Below are positions 12,201-50,896 of a DNA stretch of 64,000 nt, piece after piece. The notes under the pieces were generated by a model that saw only the letters and a list, made by a program, of their open reading frames with translations, did no database searches and had not been told where the DNA came from. Each line of letters opens with the position of its first letter. Positions within the stretch are counted from its first letter, which is position 1. The position numbers were made by a program, and so were the translations under genes. Source of the DNA: Balanoglossus misakiensis (lineage: Eukaryota; Animalia; Hemichordata); NCBI GenBank assembly GCA_040954595.2, contig CM082586.2:1679124-1743123 (forward strand). The letters run 5' to 3'.

Positions 12201-15200
12201 TGACACTGTCCTGATCAGAATATCGTTCCTTTTGTTGATTTCAGATTATTATAAATGTCCGTGCCGGTCCACCGACCAAGTTGCAGCCAGTGGGTATACC
12301 TGGCACTCCAACAGTTTCTAACACACAGAAGTCCACTAGCAGAGTTCTCATCAGATCTCTCAAGTTACAGCTAAAGGTAATAAGCAGCTATGGATATTAT
12401 GCTTATTTATTCATGGTAAAATAAATTGAATCATTTAGCCAACACCTATACTATGACATTGACAATTCCTCTTTTTCTGTCCCATCAGGATGACTACGGC
12501 AACGATGCCGGAGAAGATATCAATGGAAGGGTACAGGTGTCATTAGAGAGTACGTCCGATCGACTTGAAATCCCTAAACTTGTCGGAAATGTTTCCTCCA
12601 TTGAGGTGCTTCTCACAAAAGGGGCTGCTCTCCTGACGGTAAGCATTGTTGTGCTAAAGTGTGTGATTCATACTTCATGAAAAATGCCTTTAGTTTTACA
12701 TTTGGAGAAATTGACAAAAGAAGCATACACCTTCCACTCAAAAATCAGTTTTAAACGATGTACATGTATTTTCTGTTCTATATCTTTAGAATTTGATGAT
12801 CCAGGAGAATTCACCTGGTAGAGATGGTCAGGAGTACATTGTTAGATGTCAAGTTACATGTACGGGTCTTGAAAACATTGAACCATATGACCAGCCATTC
12901 TTATTTTACAACGGTGAGTACACAGAATATGGAGCTGTCTGTGTTTCTATGTATGTATGTCTGTTTGTTTGCAACACACTGTTGTCCATTCACAGAGAAA
13001 TATTTTTTGGAGATTTAATGCCAAAATATTCCGTTTGACTTGCAGATGCTAAGAAACAGCACCAAATGGGCCAGTTGACCAAACAGAGAGATGAACTCTT
13101 CCAGACAATCAGAACCTACAATGGATTCTTTGAAACCACACAGCAGCTTATCAAAGAAATGAAGAGTGAGTTATGATTTTACATACTGAAGTGATGCACC
13201 ATCTCAGAAGCTTTACTAGATTCAATAACATTCTGTTTTTCATTTGCTGAGACTTATGATGGAACTGTCTTATATATGTTTTTTTTTCTTGTCTTAGTTT
13301 CTGTACACGAAGCCCAAACATCAGAACAACAACTGAGAAGTGAGTTGAGAAAGCAGAATACACCTGCCACCCAGCTAGGAACTGTGAGTTCAGTTGTCAA
13401 TACATTACCAGTATCTAACATGTGACATAGAATCCCACACTAGATATATTAAGAATCAAAATTCCTGTCCTCATTGCTTTTTGTATGTATTTTATACGGT
13501 ACTACCAAAACAATAATCGTCTTGCTTTGAAAATGATCCAATGTCTGTCTGTTTTGTGTAGGTTGCTAGTGTTGATGGACTTATCGGGCAGAGAATGAAA
13601 GAAAGGGACGAGCTTCTGAACAAACCACGACGAAGGTGTGGCCTGCCTGCAGCGCCTAGAGACAGGAATATAATTGGAAAGGTTGGAATGTTTTACTAAA
13701 CCTCAGTGTCTTCTTAGTCTGTGGTTGAATTACATGTATGTGTGTATGTGTGTGTATGTTACAAGAAACGTATTTCATCCCACAGATCGCCCACCTCGCT
13801 CAAATTGAAGACGACGACATCGCCAAGGTGATGTCGTGGCACATGGCCAGCGACATGGACTGTGTAGTCACCAGGACCAACAGCAAAGCCATCGAAGTCT
13901 ACAAAGCATCTAACGGCAGACAGCAAGTTCTGCCGTTGGATTCAATCTACAAGAAGAATTTGCCAGATTGGAACAAGTAAGTGGTATCTCAGCATTTCTA
14001 TCTATACATCCCTTCTGCAGGCATTATTTTAACCCTTCCACCCCCAGTTCCCTCTTTAGAGGTCCAACCTTGCTATAGAAACCAATGGGTTCGGACCGGA
14101 CCATGATAATGAAAGGGTTAAAGTCACAATGTTTTGTCCTGTCTTGACAGACCACTGCCTCATTTGAAAGGAAGGAGTTTCAAGCCAGTGGGAAACCCAA
14201 TGTTTGCCAGGAATCTGCTGGAGTTTGCTTCTGATGCCGATGAATGCAAAATAGGTGAGTTCTTCTTGTTCTTTTTGCATTCAATTGCTTCATGTACAAT
14301 TTGAGTTTAGAGTTTATCTGACAGGCAGGGTCAATCACCTATCTACATCACAGAATGTTTGCCATCCCATTGCTGATCATGTGATCTCTCCTTCATCCGT
14401 CTTTACAGTGTTTGGTATGTTGCTAGGGGATACAATCATCTTAGATACGCTGCAAGATGCAAACCAGTACAGGCAGGAGGTAAGTAGTAATCAAAGGGGA
14501 ATTGAAATTATACATGTAGGATTTACTCCTGCAGTTCTTTGGACTGATCACTCTCATTTTCTGATATTTTCTGAACAGGTTGTGAAGACTTCCCACTGCC
14601 CCACGCTACTTACAAGGGAGGGAGACCGAATCAGAAGCAATGGAAAGTTTGGTGGCATACAGAATAAAGCCCTACCTGTAGACAAACTGAAAGGGGCGGT
14701 CTTCGGCGCACCATTACCAATACAATACCACGCAATATGCACACAATTAGGTAAGTTAGAAAAAAATCATTAAGTTAATTGTTTTAGGGAGCTACTAGCA
14801 TCATGAAGTAACAGCCTATTAGTTGAAATGTGCAGCAGTTTGAGACATATGGAGTTTGCACTAAGACAACTTGAACCTGATCTCGGCATGACTTTGTGTT
14901 TATTACAGAGACACTACAGAATTACAGAGGGGCCATGGTCAAGAGAATCACAGCGGAGAAAGAACTCCAGGAACAGCTGATGAACGAGAACACTCCGGAA
15001 ATGAAAGACAAACGGAAAGAATACCAGGAAGCTGAAGACCATCTCAGGACAATTGAAAGAAAGCTAGGTGGGTTCAATCAGCTCAGAGTCACCTAAACAA
15101 GCAGCAAAATAAACTGAAAAATCCCTTGTTTGAAACTATCACAGTTAAAATCCATTGGTTTTCCATGAGTGTTGTGTATCACCAGCTGAGAGCTTTCCTT

Positions 15201-15503
15201 TTTTTTCCGTTCTCGTCAGGTATGACACCAACTTCCAACCTTTCGCCCGGTGGTTCACCCAGAGGTCGGTTGGCAGTCTCGCGAGCGCTACGTCAAGAAC
15301 CACCACCGCCCTTCAATGGGGACGATGACGAACCAGCCAATAAGAGGTCGCGAATGACCACCCGCACTGCCACGCCACCAGGCACACCCGTATCCAATCA
15401 GAACGGACCAAGCTCCGGTAGCAGCACACCGACCAGATTGACGAGACGCTCAGTCCCGTCACCCTCGCCCCCAGTTTTGTCCAAGCGCACCAGGAGAACA
15501 TAG
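3207..15503 (+). CDS. SMCHD1: Structural maintenance of chromosomes flexible hinge domain-containing protein 1 (GHKL ATPase + linker + SMC hinge), complete, ~2048 aa
   Basis: 43 coding exons, all GT-AG: 3207-3368, 3510-3588, 3894-4055, 4211-4293, 4430-4557, 4680-4809, 4976-5095, 5278-5441, 5613-5923, 6124-6241, 6360-6543, 6672-6869, 7115-7228, 7378-7484, 7619-7701, 7835-7945, 8039-8116, 8237-8356, 8469-8613, 8747-8919, 9076-9224, 9370-9504, 9618-9780, 9882-10095, 10286-10415, 10593-10835, 10955-11080, 11194-11273, 11365-11522, 11677-11857, 12024-12108, 12245-12376, 12489-12638, 12790-12913, 13046-13165, 13298-13383, 13562-13681, 13786-13976, 14151-14254, 14409-14479, 14579-14750, 14909-15067, 15220-15503. 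They sum to 6147 nt, in frame. Diagnostic motifs: [30 protein letters not shown] (GHKL motif I), [30 protein letters not shown], and hinge [20 protein letters not shown]. Confidence 0.96.
3859..3883 (+). repeat. (GTT)n microsatellite in SMCHD1 intron 2
   Basis: Run of ttg/gtt triplets immediately upstream of the exon 3 acceptor. Confidence 0.85.
14029..14121. mobile_element. 93-bp TTAA-flanked MITE (piggyBac-like CCC...GGG termini), copy 1, in SMCHD1 intron 38
   Basis: Starts TTAACCCTT and ends AAGGGTTAA (terminal inverted repeat with TTAA at both ends). A similar second copy of identical length lies at 43488-43580 and shares the core AGAGGTCCAACCTT...ATAGAAA. Confidence 0.85.
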
Positions 15504-16669
15504 AACTCTCGCTCTTTTAGTTGGACGTGTACAATTTTCGTGTACTGTACAGCTTTTAAGTTCTGTGACAAGTCAACTATTTATATTGTTTTGTGTAGAA
15601 TTTCCTTGATAGCAGGAGATAAACGATGTTGTAAGAATTTAGACGGTTTTGTGCAGAGTTTTGCATCTTGTAGTATCAATCTACCACAGAAGTCTAATTT
15701 CATATTTATTCTGACTTGCATTTCGACATGAAATGGCAAGTTTTTGTTAAAGATTACAGAAAACTAGAGCATTAAAACATGGACATTATGCATGTTATTT
15801 TGTTTTTATCAAAAAAGTTTTGTATGTCTTCCGTTTCTCTTTGTTTTTGTTGTGACTGGATTGTACACGAAAGATGTACGTACCACTTGCAAGATTTCTA
15901 GCAGAGTCAAACACAAATCTGTGCTAGAAAACAAAAGACAAAAAATACAAGCATAATTTACCAGACATCACAGATCCAACCTCATCTCAGTTTATTCACA
16001 AATATGTGAATAATCAAAGTGTTGATTTTTACAACAAAAAGTGTGTTGAAGGTTAAGCTCTCATCACCAGAAAAAAATCTACATTTGATTAGCTACACTC
16101 CAAATCTCATTTCAACCACAATATTAACATTTTTGTTTGTAACAAGAACATTTATCAGAGGGTTGTGCAATTTCATTTTAAGTTTTAATTCAACTATTAA
16201 TACAGAAATCAAAGTTGTATTTTCCAAATGTTGTATCTTTGTTATTTTAGATTAGTACGCACCTATGTGTATACATTCATCCTATTCCGTGAAAAAAATG
16301 CATCTGATATGTCTTGCCGCTTTTAAAATTAAACTTGGAGAAAAGTAGAACACTTTCATGTCCTCATAGAAAAACATTGTGAGGATAAGAAAATAACATT
16401 GTATGTAATGTAACCCAGAACCTTCAAGAAACTAATTTCTGGCACAGTCGTATTTCACACCCCATAAAGCCGATTCTTTCAATTTTGTTTCATGTCTCAT
16501 TGTTGTAGTAGAAGTTCCCTAGTCATTTTTTTTTGCATGTGCTGTATAATTTTTAAAGCCCTCCGCTGTCCAGCTTTTTGACTAGTCCATTCAGGTTTCT
16601 TAGCGTTTTCTTTTGCAGCAGAAGTGAATAGTTTGTAGCTTTTCTACTTTAAACGAGAGAAATCTTTCA

Positions 16670-16675
16670 AATAAA
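16670..16675 (+). terminator. Candidate polyadenylation signal of SMCHD1
   Basis: AATAAA about 1.2 kb after the stop codon, followed by GT-rich sequence (ggtgtattggtt). Variant ATTAAA hexamers occur earlier in the AT-rich 3' UTR. Confidence 0.5.
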
Positions 16676-17024
16676 TTTTACTCATCATATGGTGTATTGG
16701 TTCACCATCACTGCTTGTTGTGAGTGATTTTTTGGCCTCTGTGCTAAGGGTTCTGAAGAACGTTCTGTGTCAGAGCTGTGTGTGTGGGTCAGTCTCCGTA
16801 CCAGTCCCTCAAGAAAGACGGTTGGGAATCGCTCTATTTTCTAACCCTTTTTTCGATGTTTTTTTTCTCGCTAAAAATTACCAAAAGCTATGTATGTTAA
16901 CTTCAATATATAAGGTGTTAGGCAACTATATCGAAAATGAACATTCTATTAATAATTGTGCAGAAATCGGTCATTTTCATCGACTATTTCTGTGTCCGTA
17001 CAGAGATTATAGCGTGGATAATTA

Positions 17025-17074
17025 TAACCTAGCTAGGGGGTCTGACTGGTAACCAGTCCCCCTAGCTACGGTTA
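17025..17074. repeat. Short GC-rich inverted repeat / hairpin
   Basis: TAACC-TAGCTAGGGG-(gtct)-GACTGGT-a-ACCAGTC-CCCCTAGCTA-(c)-GGTTA: three nested complementary blocks. Confidence 0.75.
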
Positions 17075-18198
17075 GCTACAATCTCTGCACGGAGAATGCG
17101 CGTGTATGTATAATGTGTTCCCGACAATGATCACATACACACATGTATACAGAAGTCCTAGAAAACCCATTAATTAAGGACACAGAACTTGATATTGAAT
17201 CTAAAACGTCCAGCTCTAACTTTTCAGGGCAACAGACAATTTAATCCCGACAGCAACCACAGTCGGCGTTGATTGATGAAGACACAAGGCTGTACTCCAT
17301 TCAGGGGATCCCCAGCCTTAGGAGTGATCGAACTTTTGTGGATTCAAAGTGTTTCATCACCACCAGACAGTGGTCTGTACATTGACCCACGTGTTTGACC
17401 AAAATGATCGACATAGAAAACACAATGAACATGCCCGATAGAGGACGCTGTGTGATTCCCGGATGGGCAATCCAGATACACACGTGAACAGAAAACTAAA
17501 CTTCCATCGCATACGTGGCAACTGATGAAAATTGCAAAAGCAACACGATTTCACAAGAAGGGTGTTTCAGAGAAAAATCTCTAAACCAGACGTCACATAT
17601 TAGCTGATATCGACCCAATAAAGCACATGTCGAATTGAAGCCGGATCAAGTGAAACAACATGGAACGACATCTCTTCACAAATAATCTGGTTGCTTAGTT
17701 GCGTAAAATAATAATTCCATTCGACAGTTTTTGCATCATTAACGTTGTATTGAAATTCCTGTCAGTTTTTTGGCCAGCACGCTAATTTCATTCTTGTCAC
17801 GAGTTGTCCCTTTATTGAGTTCATAGCACACTACGTGTACAGAATATCGCTTTTGTTTAAAGTTAAAATTTTGGCTGAATCGAATTGGCAAATGTCTAAT
17901 TAAATGATGTGACATCATATCACAGACGATGTTTGGGTTGCGATGAACTCTGTTCTCTTTTTGCGAAGCTTGGCTACTGTGTTTAGTTCATGATTCACCT
18001 GGTAATACGTGACACATTGACTAAACCTGTTATCATGTTCACAATTTCAAAGTTTACCCTTTTAATACAGAGAGATCTGTCTGCCGACAGTGTCAGTTGG
18101 TACCGGGTGCCACTCATAGATTGACTTTACATTTGCTGACTGTGCGCTAACACCGGTCGTTTTAATTCTCAGCAGAGACAGAAATAGCAAAAAAAATC

Positions 18199-20959
18199 AT
18201 GTCCAACTCCGAGCCGGCTCCAGCGCCGTACGTGTGTTCCTTGAGCGAGGCCGCGTTGAAAAAGGCACGGGACGAGCTCGGCGAGGATGAGAAGACACGG
18301 AAAGAATCGCTGGCGGCTCTTCAGGCGAAATTCGAAGAGCGACCGGACATCAGGTTCCGATCCGACACCAAGTTTCTGCTGCGCTTTCTCCGCGCCAAGA
18401 AGTTCGACGTGGAGCGTGCTTTCAAGACGATGGTGAAGTACTACGAAGTGAGGCAGGACTACAGAGACATTTATGATAATTTTGTGCCGTCGTCTGCCAT
18501 GCAAGTCTGGGAGTCCGGGTTACCTCATGTACTGCCGGACAGGGACAGTCAAGGTCGCAAGATTCTCATGTACAGAGTTGGTACGTATTGCGTTTATATT
18601 ACTGGGCCCCTCATTACTATTATACAATGCGCGGCCTGGCAGCTGGGAAGATAAATGCGGTATTACAGATGGATCCGTCTGTCCTATTCATAAAACTCGA
18701 ATAAAATATACCTATCTATCAAGCTGTCAGATATGATGAATTTGGGCTTAGATTACTATTCATACAAAATACAACAGATGACCACGATGATTTAAGACAT
18801 AATGGTCGTTGTTGGATACCATTACATTATGCGAGACTGAAATTAATGAAAATTTTGTAATTTTTAAAACAGAAGTGTTATTTCAGTAGTTTCGCGTTAT
18901 TTCCTCTTAGAATTCAAAAATACACCAAAATAAAATTTCCTTGTATCGACTGATAAAACATTAACAATTATCTATTTGTCGTTCGATTGATCAAATCACT
19001 ATAAATTGTAACTGGCTTATCGATTTATTATACCTTAATTAAAAACCGGCCCCATCATCACCCTGTTTCTTTGGAGATTGAATCTGTAGTCGGTATTAAA
19101 TCAATAACTGATTACCAAATATATAATTATTATAACTACATGTACGTCTTTGTTATCAGTTTTGCTATCAGAGATGATGTTTTATACATCACTACGCATC
19201 TACTTTGATAACGTTTATTAACGAATGTTATAATGATCATCGACTCACTAATATTAATACACGTGGCTGTATCTGTTCACGCCTTCGCGTCACAGAGTTA
19301 GTCATCAACTAAATTGTGGTAATTCTATGCGATATCGACAGATAGAAGTTTCTTCAACGGAAACATTTAGGGCAGGGACTACCATCAAAGTTCAATAAAC
19401 TCTGTCGGCATTCTCAGTGCTGTGTCTAATTAACCACACGAAACAGCCAATGACACGAGAATTTGACGGCCGATATCCCCCAGTGGACTGAGGATTGGCA
19501 GCCAAATATTTTTTCTGAAGCCATGGTGATGCCCGACCTTCCATCTCCACCTGGAAGATTGCCGACCCAGGAACTCACGCGATGTCTGGACTATGCCAAC
19601 CAACATGATACCGTGTATACATTCAGCGGTTACATTGTTTTGGCTATCAATGCAACCACGTGGACTTTAGTCAAACCTTCGGACTTTAATTAGGATTCGA
19701 ACAAGTCTGTAGTCGATACACATAGCACAGACGATGAAAAACTAGCCAGTGTTACTGGTAATGGGTCACTGTGGTCAAATGCAGGCTGCAGTGACCACTA
19801 AATCAAGAAGACAACTACCAGAGAGAGTTGTCTGATAAGTGACCACTACATAATTTTCATAGACCGCATCACTAATATGTTAATGTGATTGCTTTCTCTA
19901 ATTTGTTATTTCTAAGGGTGTTGGGACTACAACAAATTTACAGCCACTCATTGTATACGAACCATATTGATGTGTATGGAACAACTCCTAGAAGACGAAG
20001 ACACACAGGTGCATGGCATCGTCTTCCTGGGAGACTATGACGGTTTATCCATGTCGCACTTGTCTAAACTTAGCCCGGCATTTGGAAAAAGGACAGTTGA
20101 TTCAATGCAGGTAAGAGACGAGTTCGGTGACGTTTCACCTCTGTTGTGTGCGTGTGTGAGCACGTGTGTCTTACCTGCATGTCCGCCTGTCTTCTTGGCC
20201 GCAGTGGAACTCAGTCACATCTCGTCAATATTCATTCACAACACACAGTCCTCGTGTACTCTAACTGAAATGACATCTCGTGGACGACATCTTTTCCGTC
20301 GTTAATTGTTCGTTCGTTTTTCCCCAGAATGCCATGCCCATGCGGATCAAAGAATCGCACTACATCAACGAGCCAAAGATCTTCGAAACTGCCTTCGCTT
20401 TCTTCAAACCTTTCCTCAGCGACAAGCTGAGAAAGCGGGTAAGTCCGAGTCGCATCTGTCTTTGTCAAGACTGGCTCAAATCATGCAAATAAGCTTTATT
20501 ACGCGACGGTTTCGTTTGGCACCTGTGTCAGCAAAGCAATTAACCAATCAGCAGTCTGCTGCAGGCCAGTTGTATGATAATGCATACTGATTGCCCTTTG
20601 ACCCATAAATGAGAGTCATCGATACTAGCTAGAGTACGTTACACCCAATGGAAGCACCTATTGGACTTTCACAGATTCCTCTTTTAACACCCCAGGTTGT
20701 TTTCCATGGTGAAGACGCCGGCAATTTGCACAGCTACATCCCGTCAAGTATTCTCCCTTCTGAGTACGGCGGATCAAAACCCCCTTACGATAATTCTATG
20801 TGGGTGAAAGAGATGCTGGCCGCGGAAGAAGATTTCAAAGCAAACAACGAGTACGGCTTGCCCCCTAAACGCAAGTCCATCGATGCACTTGGCGGTCTTA
20901 AAGGAGGAAAGGACGCGTCATCCGGACTGGTGGGAGCGTTCCGCAAACTCGAAGACTAG
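18199..20959 (+). CDS. CRAL-TRIO/SEC14 lipid-binding protein (alpha-tocopherol transfer protein-like / clavesin family), 316 aa
   Basis: Exons 18199-18580, 19917-20110, 20328-20438, 20696-20959 (951 nt, in frame, GT-AG). CRAL-TRIO N domain FLLRFLRAKKFDVERA; SEC14 domain EQLLEDEDTQVHGIVFLGD, PMRIKESHYINEP, FFKPFLSDKLRKRVVFHG, ILPSEYGG. The N-terminal YVCSL..KARDEL resembles TTPAL. An acceptor-like ttttaattctcag ends at 18172, suggesting an upstream non-coding exon. The family is clear; the orthology is not. Confidence 0.9.
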
Positions 20960-21296
20960 ACTGTAGCGCCACCTTGTAAAATTGCATTTTTGCTTTTGTT
21001 TTTCTCATTTCCTGGTTCTGTGAACTGTTTGAACGTGCTGGAGACGCAATAATCTTCGTTTCAAAATTTTCTGGACTTGCTGGCGAACACCGCCAACAAT
21101 TTTGCTTTCGTTGTCAGGGTCCACTTAGTTCCAGTGCTAATATTTAAAATGTACAAAATCGAAGCCTAGCTATCGCCTTTTTGCGAATTGTAAAAAAAAA
21201 TTGGCGTGTAAATTTTGAATGTAACTCCTGTCGAATATTTCGATGGAAAAGATGTGTGCGAGCGTCTAACCCTTTCCCGCAGTCTTGTTAAGACGT

Positions 21297-21316
21297 AATA
21301 AATAAATAAAAATAAA
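21297..21316 (+). terminator. Polyadenylation signal cluster of the CRAL-TRIO gene
   Basis: Overlapping AATAAA hexamers ~340 nt downstream of the stop codon. Confidence 0.6.
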
Positions 21317-21772
21317 TTAATAGATAACAAGACTTTATTTGTGATGACGCAGACGACAATGACAACGACGACAATCGGTTAGTGCACTGTACTAAAGAAA
21401 GGTTACAAAAGTTTTGTTGGTAGAGGGCGCACATTCAAACATGGCGGCTTACCCAGACTCCTTCGCGCGTGAAGGAGTCTGGGTAATCGAGACTAACATG
21501 GCGGCCGAGCTAACACGAGGAAAGTTTCGTCTGCTGTGCAAACAATTCAAACTTTTTGTTATTTTCGACACAGAGAAACAAGTATAATGGTCCGTTTTGT
21601 ATGTAACCCTCCTGGATGCACAGCTATCATGTTCACAGGCCAAACTTTCGGACACTGCGTCATTACATCATTACACCTGCAAAATAACACACACACAAAC
21701 AAACAAACAAACAAATGCAATATGGCAGCCTATTAACACAACACTAATTTTTGTATTTCATATTCATTAAAA

Positions 21773-21778
21773 TTTATT
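21773..21778 (-). terminator. Candidate polyadenylation signal of Osr
   Basis: TTTATT on + (AATAAA on -), followed on the minus strand by a GT-rich tract (TTTG)n(TG)n, which is plus-strand 21687-21715. This implies a 3' UTR of ~2.4 kb. Confidence 0.55.
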
Positions 21779-22307
21779 CATTTTAAAAACTTATCAAAAT
21801 ATAATCTCTGGATTATCTGATTTACAATTTTTCAACAAATTTCTGAATAGGATTACATAGTGATCCAAATTTGGACTACATATGAGCTTAAATCAATGCT
21901 TATTGCCTTTTTTAAGAATTAACCTTTTTCACAATAAAATAAACCTGCTAGATAAATACTGAAAAAATTGCACTAGAAGTTCTTTGGTGCTTTTAAATGT
22001 GTAGAGGTGTCATTTTAAAAATACGTGAATATCCCTACACCCTTGCATATATACGTCCAAGTACTAAGTAGATCTCACATGATGAGAAAATTAGCCCTGA
22101 CCTACCAAATTATGCACGAGTGAAAGGGTAAAGGTCACTAAATGCTGTTGGTGCACTTAAGTACTGCTTATAATAATGTTTAAAGCTCAAAATTGAAAAA
22201 AAAAATGATTCCATGACATATCATAAATATGTATAGAGCTTCAACCATGTTTTAAAAAATGAAGTAACAATGTCTACAGTTTTGCTTGCAATCACATAGT
22301 GATAAGT

Positions 22308-22345
22308 ATTGATTGATTGATTGACTGACTGACTGACTGACTGAC

Positions 22346-22405
<60 letters not shown>
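22308..22405 (+). repeat. Compound (GATT)n(GACT)n(GATT)n tetranucleotide microsatellite
   Basis: Directly visible. It explains the QSIN/QSVS repeats in the spurious ORF 22221-22499. Confidence 0.95.
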
Positions 22406-24148
22406 AATGCATATCAGCCACTGACTTCTTGCAGTCAACCAAAATTGTTACAACGAGTTGACTAACTTCTGATGGGCACATCACTTCCAAAACTGACACA
22501 AGGCAGCTTCTGATATTGCAATTTTTCTAGTACATGTTGTGTGATGAAGCAAAGTGTGGCAAAATTAAAGTGTAGCAAATTCATTACAGAGAAATGGAAT
22601 GTGAATTTGTATTAAAGATATCATGCTATGTGCCCCCAACAGGCAATACATCCTATATTGCCCGGAGCCCCTCATGCAATAAAGTGAGATATCACCCCAC
22701 AACATGGCCACAAGCCATGATATACTGAGGTAAATATATTGAATAAAATAATAACATAAATTGTAAAATTATGTGACAGCAATCTACCTTACTGTGCCTC
22801 TTTTTAAAATGTGCTGAAGAAGTCCATGTGCAAATAATTTCCACAAATTTCAATATGCATGATTTTGCCATATTTACATAAAGCACCCACTAAAATAACT
22901 TTTTCTACATCGGGTTGTCATGCCTACAGTTGCAAAGTGACATCACTTGGTTGATTCATGGCCGAATTGCTCACTTGAGATTTGTCTCCCGTGGTAACAA
23001 CCAAACAGAATTATTGATTGATGCTTGGGTAACAATTGGGATATCTGCATTTATTTTCTTATTCATTCTTTTCAAATGAATGGTGATCAGATCGAATTTA
23101 CCTCAAGGGAGCCCAAGACTGCTTAATTCAAAATATACTACACAGGCTGCCCAGCCCTGAAAATGGACAAGCCTGCACGAAACAAAAGATCAAGATTATC
23201 CCAATAACAATGTGAAAAAACAGGTTAATTTTCAGAGTAAAAGGGAATTTAAGAAATCGCAATTTTTTCTAATAAAGTAAAGCTTGTAAAATACTAGTAA
23301 TTGACCCATCTCTTATATCTTTCTTCAAAATATATACATAAATTTTATGATTACAATATGAGATCATGAATAGAATGGCAGCAATTTGTCACACCAGGAT
23401 AAAAGAAGTAAAGTAGAAAATACAAAAAAAAATGAAACTGACTTAAATTGCAATATTAAGATATTGCCAATAAATAGAAAATAATAAAAGACAAAGAAAA
23501 TAAAAGCAAGACATCTAGAGAGATAAATAACGCTGGCTACAATACTGTAGTTTCTGACTACTTTTGGGCAGTTCTGGGAAATAAAAAGTACTGTTTTTAA
23601 GATGGGAGAATGCTTAAGGTGGTTGTTGTATATAGCTACAAAACTAAGTAAAACTTCCTACCATGTGCATTAAAATATGCTATAAAAACCCTGTTGTCAT
23701 GGATACCCTTCAGACAATGTGAAGAGTCAACATTGCCTCTTTTTTCAGCCGTTTTGCCAATAGGTAAAAGCAAACACCAGATTTGCATTTTTTTTCATCC
23801 GAATTTACATTTTCGCTGACACAACAGCTTTGCGCATACATGTGGAGCCCTGTCCAAGACCGACAAAAGCACTCGTAACACTATTGCTTTTTGAATTAAA
23901 ATGAATTGTAAAATTTCAGGGCAGCGCATAGATGTTCAGTTGTACTGTTGGCATTTAGGGTGAAGTGTCTCGTTGAAAGCTTTGTGACATAAAAAATAAC
24001 ACATATAAAAGCGAATTTATACTCTCAATAAATATGTGGGAAAAAAGTGTACAATAAGCTGTGTGTGAGTGTAGTGTATTATTTTACAAGGAATGTTCAT
24101 ACATCTTTTTCTAGAGTATCCAGCACACATCACCAGAGTACCATCAGC

Positions 24149-24166
24149 TGCCTCTAGAGGGCGCCC
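24149..24166 (+). promoter_or_regulatory. Candidate CTCF-binding site
   Basis: TGCCTCTAGAGGGCGCCC resembles the CTCF core CCASYAGRKGGCRS; it lies ~50 bp past the Osr stop codon. Confidence 0.5.
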
Positions 24167-24214
24167 ATTGAGAGAGGCAAATAAAATAATCTCTGTCGCG
24201 GCAAAGAGCGCGTT

Positions 24215-50896
<26,682 letters not shown>

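Noticed and set aside
22221-22499. ORF with QSIN/QSVS repeats
   Set aside because: Translation artefact of the (GATT)/(GACT) microsatellite.
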